Shown: piece by piece, positions 1 to 8,215 of the stretch | How positions within the stretch are numbered: position 1 is the first letter of the stretch | Layout: each line of letters opens with the position of its first letter | Source of the DNA: Candidatus Solincola sediminis | GTDB lineage: Bacteria > Actinomycetota > Geothermincolia > Geothermincolales > RBG-13-55-18 | Direction of reading: 5' to 3' | Assembly (NCBI GenBank): GCA_001767605.1 | Contig: MELM01000045.1 | Span: 28,825 to 61,787 of the forward strand | Length of the DNA stretch: 32,963 bases | Made by a program: the position numbers and the translations under genes | Notes under the pieces: generated by a model | The model's database searches: none | The model's input: the letters and a program-made list of their open reading frames with translations, nothing else | Told to the model about the DNA's origin: nothing

Positions 1-2139
1 ACTTCCCGCCGTTACGGTTTCGTTCACACCAGCATCGATAATGAAAACCAATGGGTCTCGCAGAACCTGTGGCGCGACGCCTTGGGCTACTGGTTGGGAG
101 TGGACGGTTGGAACGCCGGGCTGCAGACCCGCCTGGACCAGTACATGAACCTGGAGCGCTACTATGCCCAAAAGAAAAACGGAGGCTTCTGGGACGTCTG
201 CGCCTATAACGACTACTATTTCCTGGGAACCAGCGAAGCCAGCGGCCTTGGCTTCGGCGATTCCAATGCCGCCGCCGATTACCTCAGCCAGGCACAAATG
301 GAGGCGGGCGGCATGCGAGGCGCTTATTCTCTCGATTCCGCTTACCAGCAATCGCTTGGATACTATCCACGCGGGACCGCGGCCTTCAGCCTTATCAGCG
401 CACTGGGACGCCTGAGGCTCGACCGTCCCTCGGACTTCCTTTTGTACGACCCGGGCCAAGCCGGCCGTATTCCGGTTTTTTCATGTGCCGATTGGTCGAC
501 GCAGACCGTCCCGGTTATGGTCTTCGACTCGGCCGGAAACCTGCAGGGGATAGACAATCCTACGGCTACTTTGCCCGCATATAGAAACCGCAGTTCCTAT
601 AATCCGATATCGAATGTGAAAGCGGAGCCTTTCTCCTGTTCGCCGGGAAGCGGCAACCGTGAGAAAGTCACTTTGACCTATAGCGCACCTTCCGGTTCGG
701 TAACCGGAGCTCAGGTCCTTCAGGGAACCACATCGGTAAAGTCGATCACCCCTGCCCCATCCGGTTTTCAATGGAACGGACTGAATAACCTGGGACAGCG
801 GGCGCCCGACGGAGTATACAGAATGTACCTTCAGACCCAATCGGCTGACCCCGCCGTCCTGACGCCGCCCGATATTGTAGACGTGGGCGTAAATACGGAT
901 GTCCCCTCCCCTGCCAGAACCTGGTATCTGGCGGAGGGATATACGGGGAGTAACGCGAGCGGCGGCGAATTCGATACATGGGTGCTGGTAGAAAATCCCA
1001 ATGACCAGCCGGCGAATATCGTTGCTACCTTCATGCAACCCGGAGGCTCCAGTATCCAGCGAGCTTACGGGATCGCGGCCCATGCCCGCTTTACCATCCA
1101 CGTCGATGACCTCCTCTCGTATGCGGAGGTTTCAACCAGAATCGACGCCGATCTTCCGGTGATAGCGGAGAGGGCGATGTATTTCAACGGAAAGAAGGCC
1201 GGCCATGACAGCGTAGGCGTAAACCAGCCTTCCAACAAATGGTATCTGGCCGAGGGCTACACCGGTGGCAACTTCGACGAATGGGTTTTGATACAGAACC
1301 CGGCGGATGTGCCGGCAACTGTCGGCGTGCAGTTCCAGACCCAGGAAGCGGGCGTTGTAGACAGACAGTACGGAATCGATCCCCATGCGCGTTTCACCAT
1401 CCATGTAGATGATATCCTGCCCGACGCCCAGGTGAGCACCTATATCGAGTCGGATCAGCAGGTAGTGGTTGAGAGAGCGCAATACTTAAATGATATGCGA
1501 AGCGGCACCTGCAGTATCGGGGCGGCGTCGCCCTCTTACAGTTGGTACTTTGCCGAAGGTTATACCTCGGATGGATTCGAGGAATGGCTACTCGTGCAGA
1601 ATCCTCAGGATACGACGGCGCTCGTCGACCTCGCCTTCATGCAGCTGGACGGCACCAACAGCGGAGTGCAGTTCACGGTTCCGCCCCGCAGCCGTTATAC
1701 CGTGCCGGTTGACCAGTATCTCCCCGAGGCCCAGGTCTCGGCCAGGTTCACCTCGAGCGTTCCCGTTGTCGCCGAACGTGCGATGTACTGGAAGGATCGC
1801 AGTGACGGCCATGACACCATCGGCACTCCGTGTCCCGAATACGATTGGTTCTTCGCCGAGGGTTATACCGCGGAAGGCTATGAGGAATGGCTTCTCATCC
1901 AGAACCCCGCCTCAACTCCGGCTTCCGTCAGCATTGATTTCATGTTCCCCGGCGGCTCCACCAAGAACATAGTTGTCACGGTCCCCGGCCGTTCCCGATT
2001 CACTCTCAACGTGGGCGGAATCGTTGGTGCCACCGAGGTAAGCCTGAAGCTTGCCTCGGACCTGCCCGTCGTCGCCGAAAGGGCCATGTACTTTCAGGAA
2101 CGCGCCGGCGGCACCTGCTCGATCGGCGCCATGCAATAA
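1..2139 (+). CDS. Large surface/secreted protein, 5'-truncated: possible glycoside-hydrolase-like domain end, FlgD-like Ig domain, four ~101-aa WYxAEGYT...ERAMY repeats (DUF5719-like)
   Basis: Frame is open from base 1 (TSRRYGFVHTSIDNENQW...) into the listed ORF. WNGLNNLGQRAPDGVY is FlgD_ig-like. Repeat Trp codons at 922, 1240, 1543 and 1846. Confidence 0.75.
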   Translation, partial: TSRRYGFVHTSIDNENQWVSQNLWRDALGYWLGVDGWNAGLQTRLDQYMNLERYYAQKKNGGFWDVCAYNDYYFLGTSEASGLGFGDSNAAADYLSQAQMEAGGMRGAYSLDSAYQQSLGYYPRGTAAFSLISALGRLRLDRPSDFLLYDPGQAGRIPVFSCADWSTQTVPVMVFDSAGNLQGIDNPTATLPAYRNRSSYNPISNVKAEPFSCSPGSGNREKVTLTYSAPSGSVTGAQVLQGTTSVKSITPAPSGFQWNGLNNLGQRAPDGVYRMYLQTQSADPAVLTPPDIVDVGVNTDVPSPARTWYLAEGYTGSNASGGEFDTWVLVENPNDQPANIVATFMQPGGSSIQRAYGIAAHARFTIHVDDLLSYAEVSTRIDADLPVIAERAMYFNGKKAGHDSVGVNQPSNKWYLAEGYTGGNFDEWVLIQNPADVPATVGVQFQTQEAGVVDRQYGIDPHARFTIHVDDILPDAQVSTYIESDQQVVVERAQYLNDMRSGTCSIGAASPSYSWYFAEGYTSDGFEEWLLVQNPQDTTALVDLAFMQLDGTNSGVQFTVPPRSRYTVPVDQYLPEAQVSARFTSSVPVVAERAMYWKDRSDGHDTIGTPCPEYDWFFAEGYTAEGYEEWLLIQNPASTPASVSIDFMFPGGSTKNIVVTVPGRSRFTLNVGGIVGATEVSLKLASDLPVVAERAMYFQERAGGTCSIGAMQ

Positions 2140-2141
2140 AA

Positions 2142-2174
2142 CCTACACAAAGGTGTCAGGCACCTTTGTGTAGG
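2142..2174. repeat. 33-bp palindromic REP-like repeat, copy 1 (CCTACACAAAGGTG-TCAGG-CACCTTTGTGTAGG); likely bidirectional terminator
   Basis: Perfect 14-bp stem that extends to 17 bp (2139-2177), lying between two convergent TAA stops. Confidence 0.9.
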
Positions 2175-2175
2175 T

Positions 2176-2469
2176 TTAGCGGTGGTCGAGGAAGCGGGTG
2201 GCTTTTAAGCGGGACGAGGGGTCATAGATATCCGGGGATTGCACCCACTCGACCTTCGGTGTGATCCCCGCTGACTGCCGGACTCGTTCGATCACTTCGT
2301 TTTCGACATCCTTGCGCGTACGTCCGGCCACCGAAAGGCGGATGATTAGCATATCGGGGCTTGATGGATTGTCGCGGTCTTCTTTTTGGACGACCAACTG
2401 GTATTCGGCCACGCCCTTTATGCCCGCTAACTGGTTTTTGACAGCCTCGGGGTCGATTGCATCTTCCAT
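2176..2469 (-). CDS. Stand-alone phenylacetate-CoA ligase-like C-terminal domain (97 aa)
   Basis: IDPEAV...GVAEYQLVV...DMLIIRL...GITPKVEWV...KATRFLDHR resembles the PaaK-type C-terminal domain. TATAAT lies 6 nt upstream of the ATG. Confidence 0.6.
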   Translation of the reverse strand: MEDAIDPEAVKNQLAGIKGVAEYQLVVQKEDRDNPSSPDMLIIRLSVAGRTRKDVENEVIERVRQSAGITPKVEWVQSPDIYDPSSRLKATRFLDHR

Positions 2470-2490
2470 ACCCTTATTATATGCCCCTAA

Positions 2491-5118
2491 TCATTTCTTA
2501 ATGTCGCAAATTAAGAAGGTAAAGTCATCCTCCATCCTCTTGCCGCAGAAATGGTTGAGCACGTCCACAAGGTCCTCCATAAATGCACCCGCTGTTCTCG
2601 AACCGGCACTCTTCAAATAACGACGCAAGCGGTTCTCGCCGAAGGTGCGGCGTCTCGAATCGCGGCATTCGATGACCCCGTCGGTGTAGATGAAAAGGCG
2701 GTCACCCGGCTCCAGCTGGAATTCCTCCACATCGAGGTCCGGATCCTCGAAAGCGCCCAGGATAGTCCTCTTTTTCGAACCGAGAGTAAGCAGGTTGCTT
2801 CCTCCCCTTATCAAAATGGGGTCGTAATGGCCCGCATTCACGTAGCGTATTTTGAAGGTATTTAGATCCAACTGGCTGAAGAAGACGGTCAGGAATCTGT
2901 CCTCCATGCGATGAGGGACTATGGCACGATTAGCCCGGCGCAATACCTCGGCGACGTCGATTCGGTAGGCAGCCTCCGCCCTGATAGCACTCATGGCCAG
3001 GGTTGCAAGAAGAGCCGCAGGTACCCCGCTGCCCGCCGCATCCCCGATTACCAGGGCCAGCTGGCCGTCTTCCTCCCAAAAATCGTACCAGTCGCCCCCG
3101 ACCAGACGCGCCTGCTCCTGATGTGCAAGAATCCGGACCGTCTTGTTTTCGAGGAACCCCTGCGGCAGCAGGGCGCTCTGAATATGAGCCGCAATATCCA
3201 GTTCCTTATCGACAAGATCCAGGTGTTGGAGCCTCTTCTGTTCCGTGGTGTCGCGGAAAACACATATCACGTTTTCTATCTGGCGTTTCTTGTTCCTTAT
3301 TACCGAGAAGGAACCGCTTATCCAAACACTACTCTCGTCCGGACGGGCATACTCCATTTCCCAACGCCCTATCCGGTCACCCCTGAAGGCCCGATCAATA
3401 GGACATCCTTCTCGCCCGCATACCCCCGCCTCAACCGACGTCTCACCAAAAAGTATTTCATGGGCATGCCTGCCCAGTGCCTCGTCTTCCTTCCAGCCGA
3501 AGAGATCCTCCGCGGCCGGATTAAACAGATTGATAGTGCGATCGCGATCTACGAGGAAAATGGCTTCCGGGTTCGCGGAGATTATGGTCTCGCTCCTCTC
3601 ACGCTCCACGAAGACCCGCTCACTCGCCTCCAGTTCCTGCAGCCGCCTTTCACGATCCCTGATTCTCTGACGAAGCCTGGTCTGTTCGATCGCTACTGCC
3701 GCTTGATCGGCGACGGCTTTTATCATCTCGAGATCTTCGGGGCTGAAGGTCCTCTTTCGCTTCGAGTCCCCGAGGATTATCATCCCGATCACCTGGCCCT
3801 TGGAAGCGATGGGAACTAGTAAGCCGGAGAGTATATGAAGAACGCGCGCATTTTCATGATTCACCCTCGGATCTGATTGAGCATCCTCCACAATGCTTAT
3901 TTCGCCGTCAAGGACGGTTCTTCTCGTGATTTCATCGATCTCTTCCGGGTGCTGCCGGAGCTCCCGCAGCCGCCGGTTCGATTTCATCGAGACCCCCTGG
4001 CCCCACTCGAATTTGAGCTCGTTTTTCTCCCTCTCATATGAGAAGAGCAGCACGCGGTCGGCCTCGGCCACCTCGGCCATCTTCTTAACCACAACAGCCG
4101 AAGCCTGGTTTAAGTTAAGTGCGGCGGCTGCTTCCTCGGCCAGCTCCTTCATGACTTGAGCCTGGCGCCTTCTCATCCTCTCCAGGCCGAACAGCCGCGC
4201 ATTTTCGATGGCAACTCCCGCTTGGGGTGCGAAGGCCGCAAGGAGGGCCATGTCCAAGCGGTTGTAAGTACGTGCTTCGACGTCATACAGCTCAAGCCCA
4301 CCTATGGATTTCTCGTCCTTCATGATCGGGCAGGATAATACTGACCTCACCCTTCCCGTTACGGCGGCCGGCAGGGAGAAACCGCGCAGGCGCTCGTCCA
4401 CCGCTGTCACCGGAGCCTTCTCTGTTATGGCTTCAGCCAGGAGGGAACGGGACAATTCAACTTTTCGACCCTTAACCCATGGCGGATTGAGCCCCAATTG
4501 CGATACCAGTTCCAACTCGTTTCCCGTCTTCTCAATCAAGTAGACTGCTCCCATCGGGGTCTGCATGATTCCCGACGCTACTTCGAGTATCTCATGGAAG
4601 ACGCGATCGAGATCCATGGTCGAGGTTATTGTGAGTCCTACCTCCAGTAAGCCGTGCAGCTCCTGCAGTTGGCGCCTGATCATCTCATCCTTTGTTTCGA
4701 TATAAGAGGCGCTCAGTGCGGCGATGAGATTGGCATTCAGATCACTCAGCATACTGATAACGTTCGCCCAATCCTGGGATGAGAGGTCACGATCGCTTAT
4801 CTGCGGAATGATGCGGTTCCAAATGATGACTTCGACCAGAAAAACCGCGCGAACAAGGTCACCGAAAGGGATAGTCTGCAATGAACGATTGCGGCCGAGC
4901 AGGCGCCCGAAGGCATAGAATTCCTGGCGGTCGACCGATTCGCCGGCCAGGAAACCCGTGATCCGGAGAGCAAGGTTCTCCAATAAATCACGGATGTCTT
5001 TCTTGGCGTCCTCCGAGATGCCCGCATAAGTCGGCAGGTTTTTCTCAAAGGCATCTTGCATCTCTTTTACGAGTGTGCCGATCTTCAGGGATAGCTGCCC
5101 CGATATCTCTCTCAGCAT
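2491..5118 (-). CDS. RsbU/SpoIIE-family PP2C phosphatase with N-terminal helical sensor, two GAF domains and a PAS domain
   Basis: GAF motifs (SVLSCPIM...IGGLEL; LLVPIASKGQVIGMI), PAS (EAIFLVD...FNPAAEDLFGW), PP2C motifs GGDWYD, IGDAAGSG, YTDGVIE, DDFT. Confidence 0.9.
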   Translation of the reverse strand: MLREISGQLSLKIGTLVKEMQDAFEKNLPTYAGISEDAKKDIRDLLENLALRITGFLAGESVDRQEFYAFGRLLGRNRSLQTIPFGDLVRAVFLVEVIIWNRIIPQISDRDLSSQDWANVISMLSDLNANLIAALSASYIETKDEMIRRQLQELHGLLEVGLTITSTMDLDRVFHEILEVASGIMQTPMGAVYLIEKTGNELELVSQLGLNPPWVKGRKVELSRSLLAEAITEKAPVTAVDERLRGFSLPAAVTGRVRSVLSCPIMKDEKSIGGLELYDVEARTYNRLDMALLAAFAPQAGVAIENARLFGLERMRRRQAQVMKELAEEAAAALNLNQASAVVVKKMAEVAEADRVLLFSYEREKNELKFEWGQGVSMKSNRRLRELRQHPEEIDEITRRTVLDGEISIVEDAQSDPRVNHENARVLHILSGLLVPIASKGQVIGMIILGDSKRKRTFSPEDLEMIKAVADQAAVAIEQTRLRQRIRDRERRLQELEASERVFVERERSETIISANPEAIFLVDRDRTINLFNPAAEDLFGWKEDEALGRHAHEILFGETSVEAGVCGREGCPIDRAFRGDRIGRWEMEYARPDESSVWISGSFSVIRNKKRQIENVICVFRDTTEQKRLQHLDLVDKELDIAAHIQSALLPQGFLENKTVRILAHQEQARLVGGDWYDFWEEDGQLALVIGDAAGSGVPAALLATLAMSAIRAEAAYRIDVAEVLRRANRAIVPHRMEDRFLTVFFSQLDLNTFKIRYVNAGHYDPILIRGGSNLLTLGSKKRTILGAFEDPDLDVEEFQLEPGDRLFIYTDGVIECRDSRRRTFGENRLRRYLKSAGSRTAGAFMEDLVDVLNHFCGKRMEDDFTFLICDIKK

Positions 5119-5168
5119 CTAGCGAGACCACCTTTAACGAGGTTCAACACTAAAAGTATAACCCAACC

Positions 5169-5201
5169 CCTACACAAAGGTGTCAGGCACCTTTGTGTAG
5201 G
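5169..5201. repeat. 33-bp palindromic REP-like repeat, copy 2 (loop TCAGG)
   Basis: Identical to 2142-2174. Confidence 0.9.
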
Positions 5202-5238
5202 CTCTTTGATTCGGGCATCACGGGACCAGAGATATAGC

Positions 5239-5271
5239 CCTACACAAAGGTGCCTGACACCTTTGTGTAGG
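5239..5271. repeat. 33-bp palindromic REP-like repeat, copy 3 (inverted, loop CCTGA)
   Basis: Exact reverse complement of copy 2, 37 bp away, forming an inverted doublet. Confidence 0.9.
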
Positions 5272-5292
5272 TAGGGGCCTTGTATGGGCATG

Positions 5293-5862
5293 TTATTGTT
5301 TGCGGCGGGCGCGGCGGATTCTGCTCCTTCTATCGACCCAGAGAATGGCGACCAACGCCAGCAGTATGACAACGATAAGCAGCTTGCCGTATTGAAACGG
5401 GTGGGGTATAGGGTGGCCCGCTTCCAGCAGTTCGATAGATGTCGCCCTGATATCCGTATCGCCTTCATGTTCGGGATCGGCCCTATTGAAGATGCCTGTT
5501 ACCCGCACCGTGTCGCCCTTGTTTTTGTACCCTCCCAGGATATGTATCTGCCGCAATTCTCCGGCCGGCGCCCATACCCCTATGCCCCAGTTAGAGTAGC
5601 CGGCGAAATCCCCGCCCTCCTCCAGGCTCTTTACGCTGTAGGCATCATCATTCACGGTCACCCAGCCGTAGTCACCTTGCACTAGAAGGTCGCCGACGGC
5701 TTCCCCGGTTATCACCACTTCCTGGCCGTCGTATTGCTCCATGTTCGCGACCAGCTCTTCCACGCTGACCTCATGAGCTGCAAGGGCGGAGCCGGACATC
5801 ATCAGGAAGGCCGCCGCAAGGCCCGCCAATACAAGCACTATCGAGGCAACTCGGCGGCTCAT
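5293..5862 (-). CDS. Membrane-anchored extracytoplasmic OB-fold protein
   Basis: Start MSRRVASIV overlaps the trkH stop (ATGA). N-terminal signal/TM ending ALA, OB-like YDGQEVVITGEAVG...GDTVRVTGIF, C-terminal TM and basic tail. Confidence 0.7.
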   Translation of the reverse strand: MSRRVASIVLVLAGLAAAFLMMSGSALAAHEVSVEELVANMEQYDGQEVVITGEAVGDLLVQGDYGWVTVNDDAYSVKSLEEGGDFAGYSNWGIGVWAPAGELRQIHILGGYKNKGDTVRVTGIFNRADPEHEGDTDIRATSIELLEAGHPIPHPFQYGKLLIVVILLALVAILWVDRRSRIRRARRKQ

Positions 5863-7382
5863 CGCTTTTTCCTCCTCGCGCCCCTGCCGCGTAAGATAGC
5901 GCCGCCGAAGCTGAATAGGGCTATCACCGAGATAAATTCCAGGCGGCCGGCCCACATCATGAATATGTAGTAGACTTTCATCAAGGCGGGCATCAGGGGG
6001 CCGGTCAACCCGGCCGAGAGGCCGGTATTGCTACCGGCTGATACGGAATCGAAGATGGCAACCGACGGATCGTAGCCATACATGATACCGATTACACCAC
6101 CCAGGGCATAGATCACGACATAGCAAACCAGCACGAACAGGACCCCTTTTACCAGCGCATCATCGAGCCATACATCATGCACATGATGAACTTTCTCCGC
6201 CACCACAGCCGACTCCGGAGAAGCGAGCCTCCTTATCTCCCCTCTTATGTACTTGAATACAATCCCCATGCGGAGCCCCTTGAATCCGCCGCCCGTCGAC
6301 GCGGCGCTGGCCCCTATGGCCATCACCAGTATCAGTGCCCACATCGCAATCAGCCCGAACTCGTTAACGAAGGAGATGGAAAATACGGTGCCGTTTCCCG
6401 TAGTCGTATGGGCTGAAGCCAGGTTGTACAGACCTTTGCTGAAAAACTCGCCAAAATTGGTAAATAGTCCTATTTTTCCGAATCCTAAGGAGAGCATGAC
6501 GGTACCGAGTAGCATGGTCGTTGTGAAAGAGCGGGTCTCGACGTTGCGGTATATCTCGCGCCTGTTGCCCGTCCATACTTCATAGTGCAGCACGAAATTG
6601 AAGGAACCTATGACGAAGATAACCAGGGTCAGAATTTGCACCCAGAAACTGTGGTAATAGAGGAGGTTAAGGCTCTGGGGGGCGAAGCCTCCGGTCGACC
6701 AGGCTCCCATGAAGAGCCAGACGGAATGAAGGCCGCCACGAGCTACGGGCATCCCCTCCTTCAGAAGCGCGAGCCAGATGAACAAGCTCCCCACGACCAG
6801 GTAGGTGAGGCTTATCATCCAGATGGCGCGTGCGGTATTAATCACGTTGGGGAGAAGCTTCTCCTCCTTGCCCTCGCTCGCATAGATTTTGAAAGCGCCG
6901 GCTGTCCCCGCGAAAAGGAAGGTGAGCGCGATGACAATAATTCCCTGTCCACCGGCATAGGTGAGCAGGTGCCTCCACATGTTGAGACCGTGGGATGCAT
7001 GGTCGAGGTCCTGCAAAAGGAACAGGCCGGTTGTCGTGTAACCGCTCATGAGATCGAAGCAGGCATCCAGAAACGACTTGAAATGCCCTGATAGAATGTG
7101 AGGGATGGCCCCGAAAATCATGGCAGCGAGCCAGCCGCCGGAAGCAACGATCAGGCCGTGAAGCCAGGTCAAGTCCTTCTTGACGTGACAGGTTATCTCC
7201 ATGAAGAGCCAGAAGGCCACGCAGGCGAGGATGCCGATCAGGAAGTCGAGAGCCGTATCCCATTCGGTCGAAAGTAGAGCCACGACCAGGGGGACGGTCA
7301 TAATCAAACCGACGCCGAGGATGACCCGACCTATGCCCCAACCTATAAGCTTTACGTCTTCGCGAGCCGGTCTGAGTATCAT
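5859..7382 (-). CDS. trkH: TrkH-family K+ uptake membrane subunit
   Basis: Four pore loops SGYTTTG, AWSTGG, SAHTTTG, SAGSNTG; GGGFKGLR; terminal GRLE. Confidence 0.92.
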   Translation of the reverse strand: MILRPAREDVKLIGWGIGRVILGVGLIMTVPLVVALLSTEWDTALDFLIGILACVAFWLFMEITCHVKKDLTWLHGLIVASGGWLAAMIFGAIPHILSGHFKSFLDACFDLMSGYTTTGLFLLQDLDHASHGLNMWRHLLTYAGGQGIIVIALTFLFAGTAGAFKIYASEGKEEKLLPNVINTARAIWMISLTYLVVGSLFIWLALLKEGMPVARGGLHSVWLFMGAWSTGGFAPQSLNLLYYHSFWVQILTLVIFVIGSFNFVLHYEVWTGNRREIYRNVETRSFTTTMLLGTVMLSLGFGKIGLFTNFGEFFSKGLYNLASAHTTTGNGTVFSISFVNEFGLIAMWALILVMAIGASAASTGGGFKGLRMGIVFKYIRGEIRRLASPESAVVAEKVHHVHDVWLDDALVKGVLFVLVCYVVIYALGGVIGIMYGYDPSVAIFDSVSAGSNTGLSAGLTGPLMPALMKVYYIFMMWAGRLEFISVIALFSFGGAILRGRGARRKKR

Positions 7383-7537
7383 TTGACCATCAATATAATG
7401 AGGTACATGATCCCCAGTACCGCCACGGAAATAGCGCCGACAGCCGCCGATTCGATGACTATTCCCAGGGAATAATCAAGATAGTTGCGCCAGAGGCTCC
7501 GGCCCCTCTCCTTCTTCTCTTCCCGGAACGTAAACAT
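7379..7537 (-). CDS. 52-aa single-TM small protein (not in ORF track)
   Basis: Manual translation MFTFREEKKERGRSLWRNYLDYSLGIVIESAAVGAISVAVLGIMYLIILMVK. AAGGAG RBS; its TGA overlaps the trkH ATG; it fills the intergenic gap. Confidence 0.8.
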   Translation of the reverse strand: MFTFREEKKERGRSLWRNYLDYSLGIVIESAAVGAISVAVLGIMYLIILMVK

Positions 7538-7546
7538 CTTCGCTCC

Positions 7547-8215
7547 TTATTTTGAGGTCAGGATATCCTTCAACTTGTCTTCCTGCTCGACCGAAGTTAT
7601 GGCTATCACCGAATCGCAAGGCTCCAGGCTGTCGCCGCCATGCGGGACTATCGCCTCCTCACCCCTTATTACCGATACCAGCACACAACCCTTGGGCAGA
7701 CCCAAGTCCTTGATGGGAATACAACAGGCCTTGCTGCCCGCCTCCGGTATATCCAACTCGATTATCGCCAGCTTTCCCTTCTGCAAGGTATACAGGGTCA
7801 TGATATCGCCTAAGGTCGTTTCCCTCTCGACGAGTTCGCCGATTACAGTGGTGCTGGAGATGGCGTCGATTCCCATCAGGTTGAAGATGCGCTCGTTCTT
7901 GGGATTATTCACCCTGGCAACCGCTCGGGGAATATCGAAGGAGATTTTGGCAAGCTGGCAGGCTACCAGATTATCGTCGTCATCTCCGGTTACCGCCGCG
8001 AAAACATCCGCCCGTTCCACATGGGCTTCCTCCTGATAGCGCAAGTCACAGGCGTCGCCGTTTATAACCAGGGCATTGATGGAAGTCGAGATGCTTTCAC
8101 AGATCGCCGGGTTCTTTTCGATGATGGCCACCGCGTGACCCTTCTCCAGCAGGTTGCCAGCCAGGAAAGAACCTACTTTGCCTCCCCCACTGATTACTAT
8201 GTAAATATTCCTCAC
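7547..8215 (-). CDS. trkA: TrkA/KtrA-family RCK protein (GGGKVG type)
   Basis: Rossmann GxGxxG, AVTGDDDDN, ARVNNPKN, C-terminal TrkA_C domain. Confidence 0.9.
   Translation of the reverse strand: MRNIYIVISGGGKVGSFLAGNLLEKGHAVAIIEKNPAICESISTSINALVINGDACDLRYQEEAHVERADVFAAVTGDDDDNLVACQLAKISFDIPRAVARVNNPKNERIFNLMGIDAISSTTVIGELVERETTLGDIMTLYTLQKGKLAIIELDIPEAGSKACCIPIKDLGLPKGCVLVSVIRGEEAIVPHGGDSLEPCDSVIAITSVEQEDKLKDILTSK

Noticed and set aside
5169-5271. CRISPR mini-array (33-bp repeats, 37-bp spacer)
   Set aside because: Only two units, in opposite orientation; identical solo copies are dispersed; no cas genes or leader.
5112-5468. 118-aa minus-strand ORF across the repeat doublet
   Set aside because: Overlaps the OB-fold gene out of frame and translates through the palindromes.
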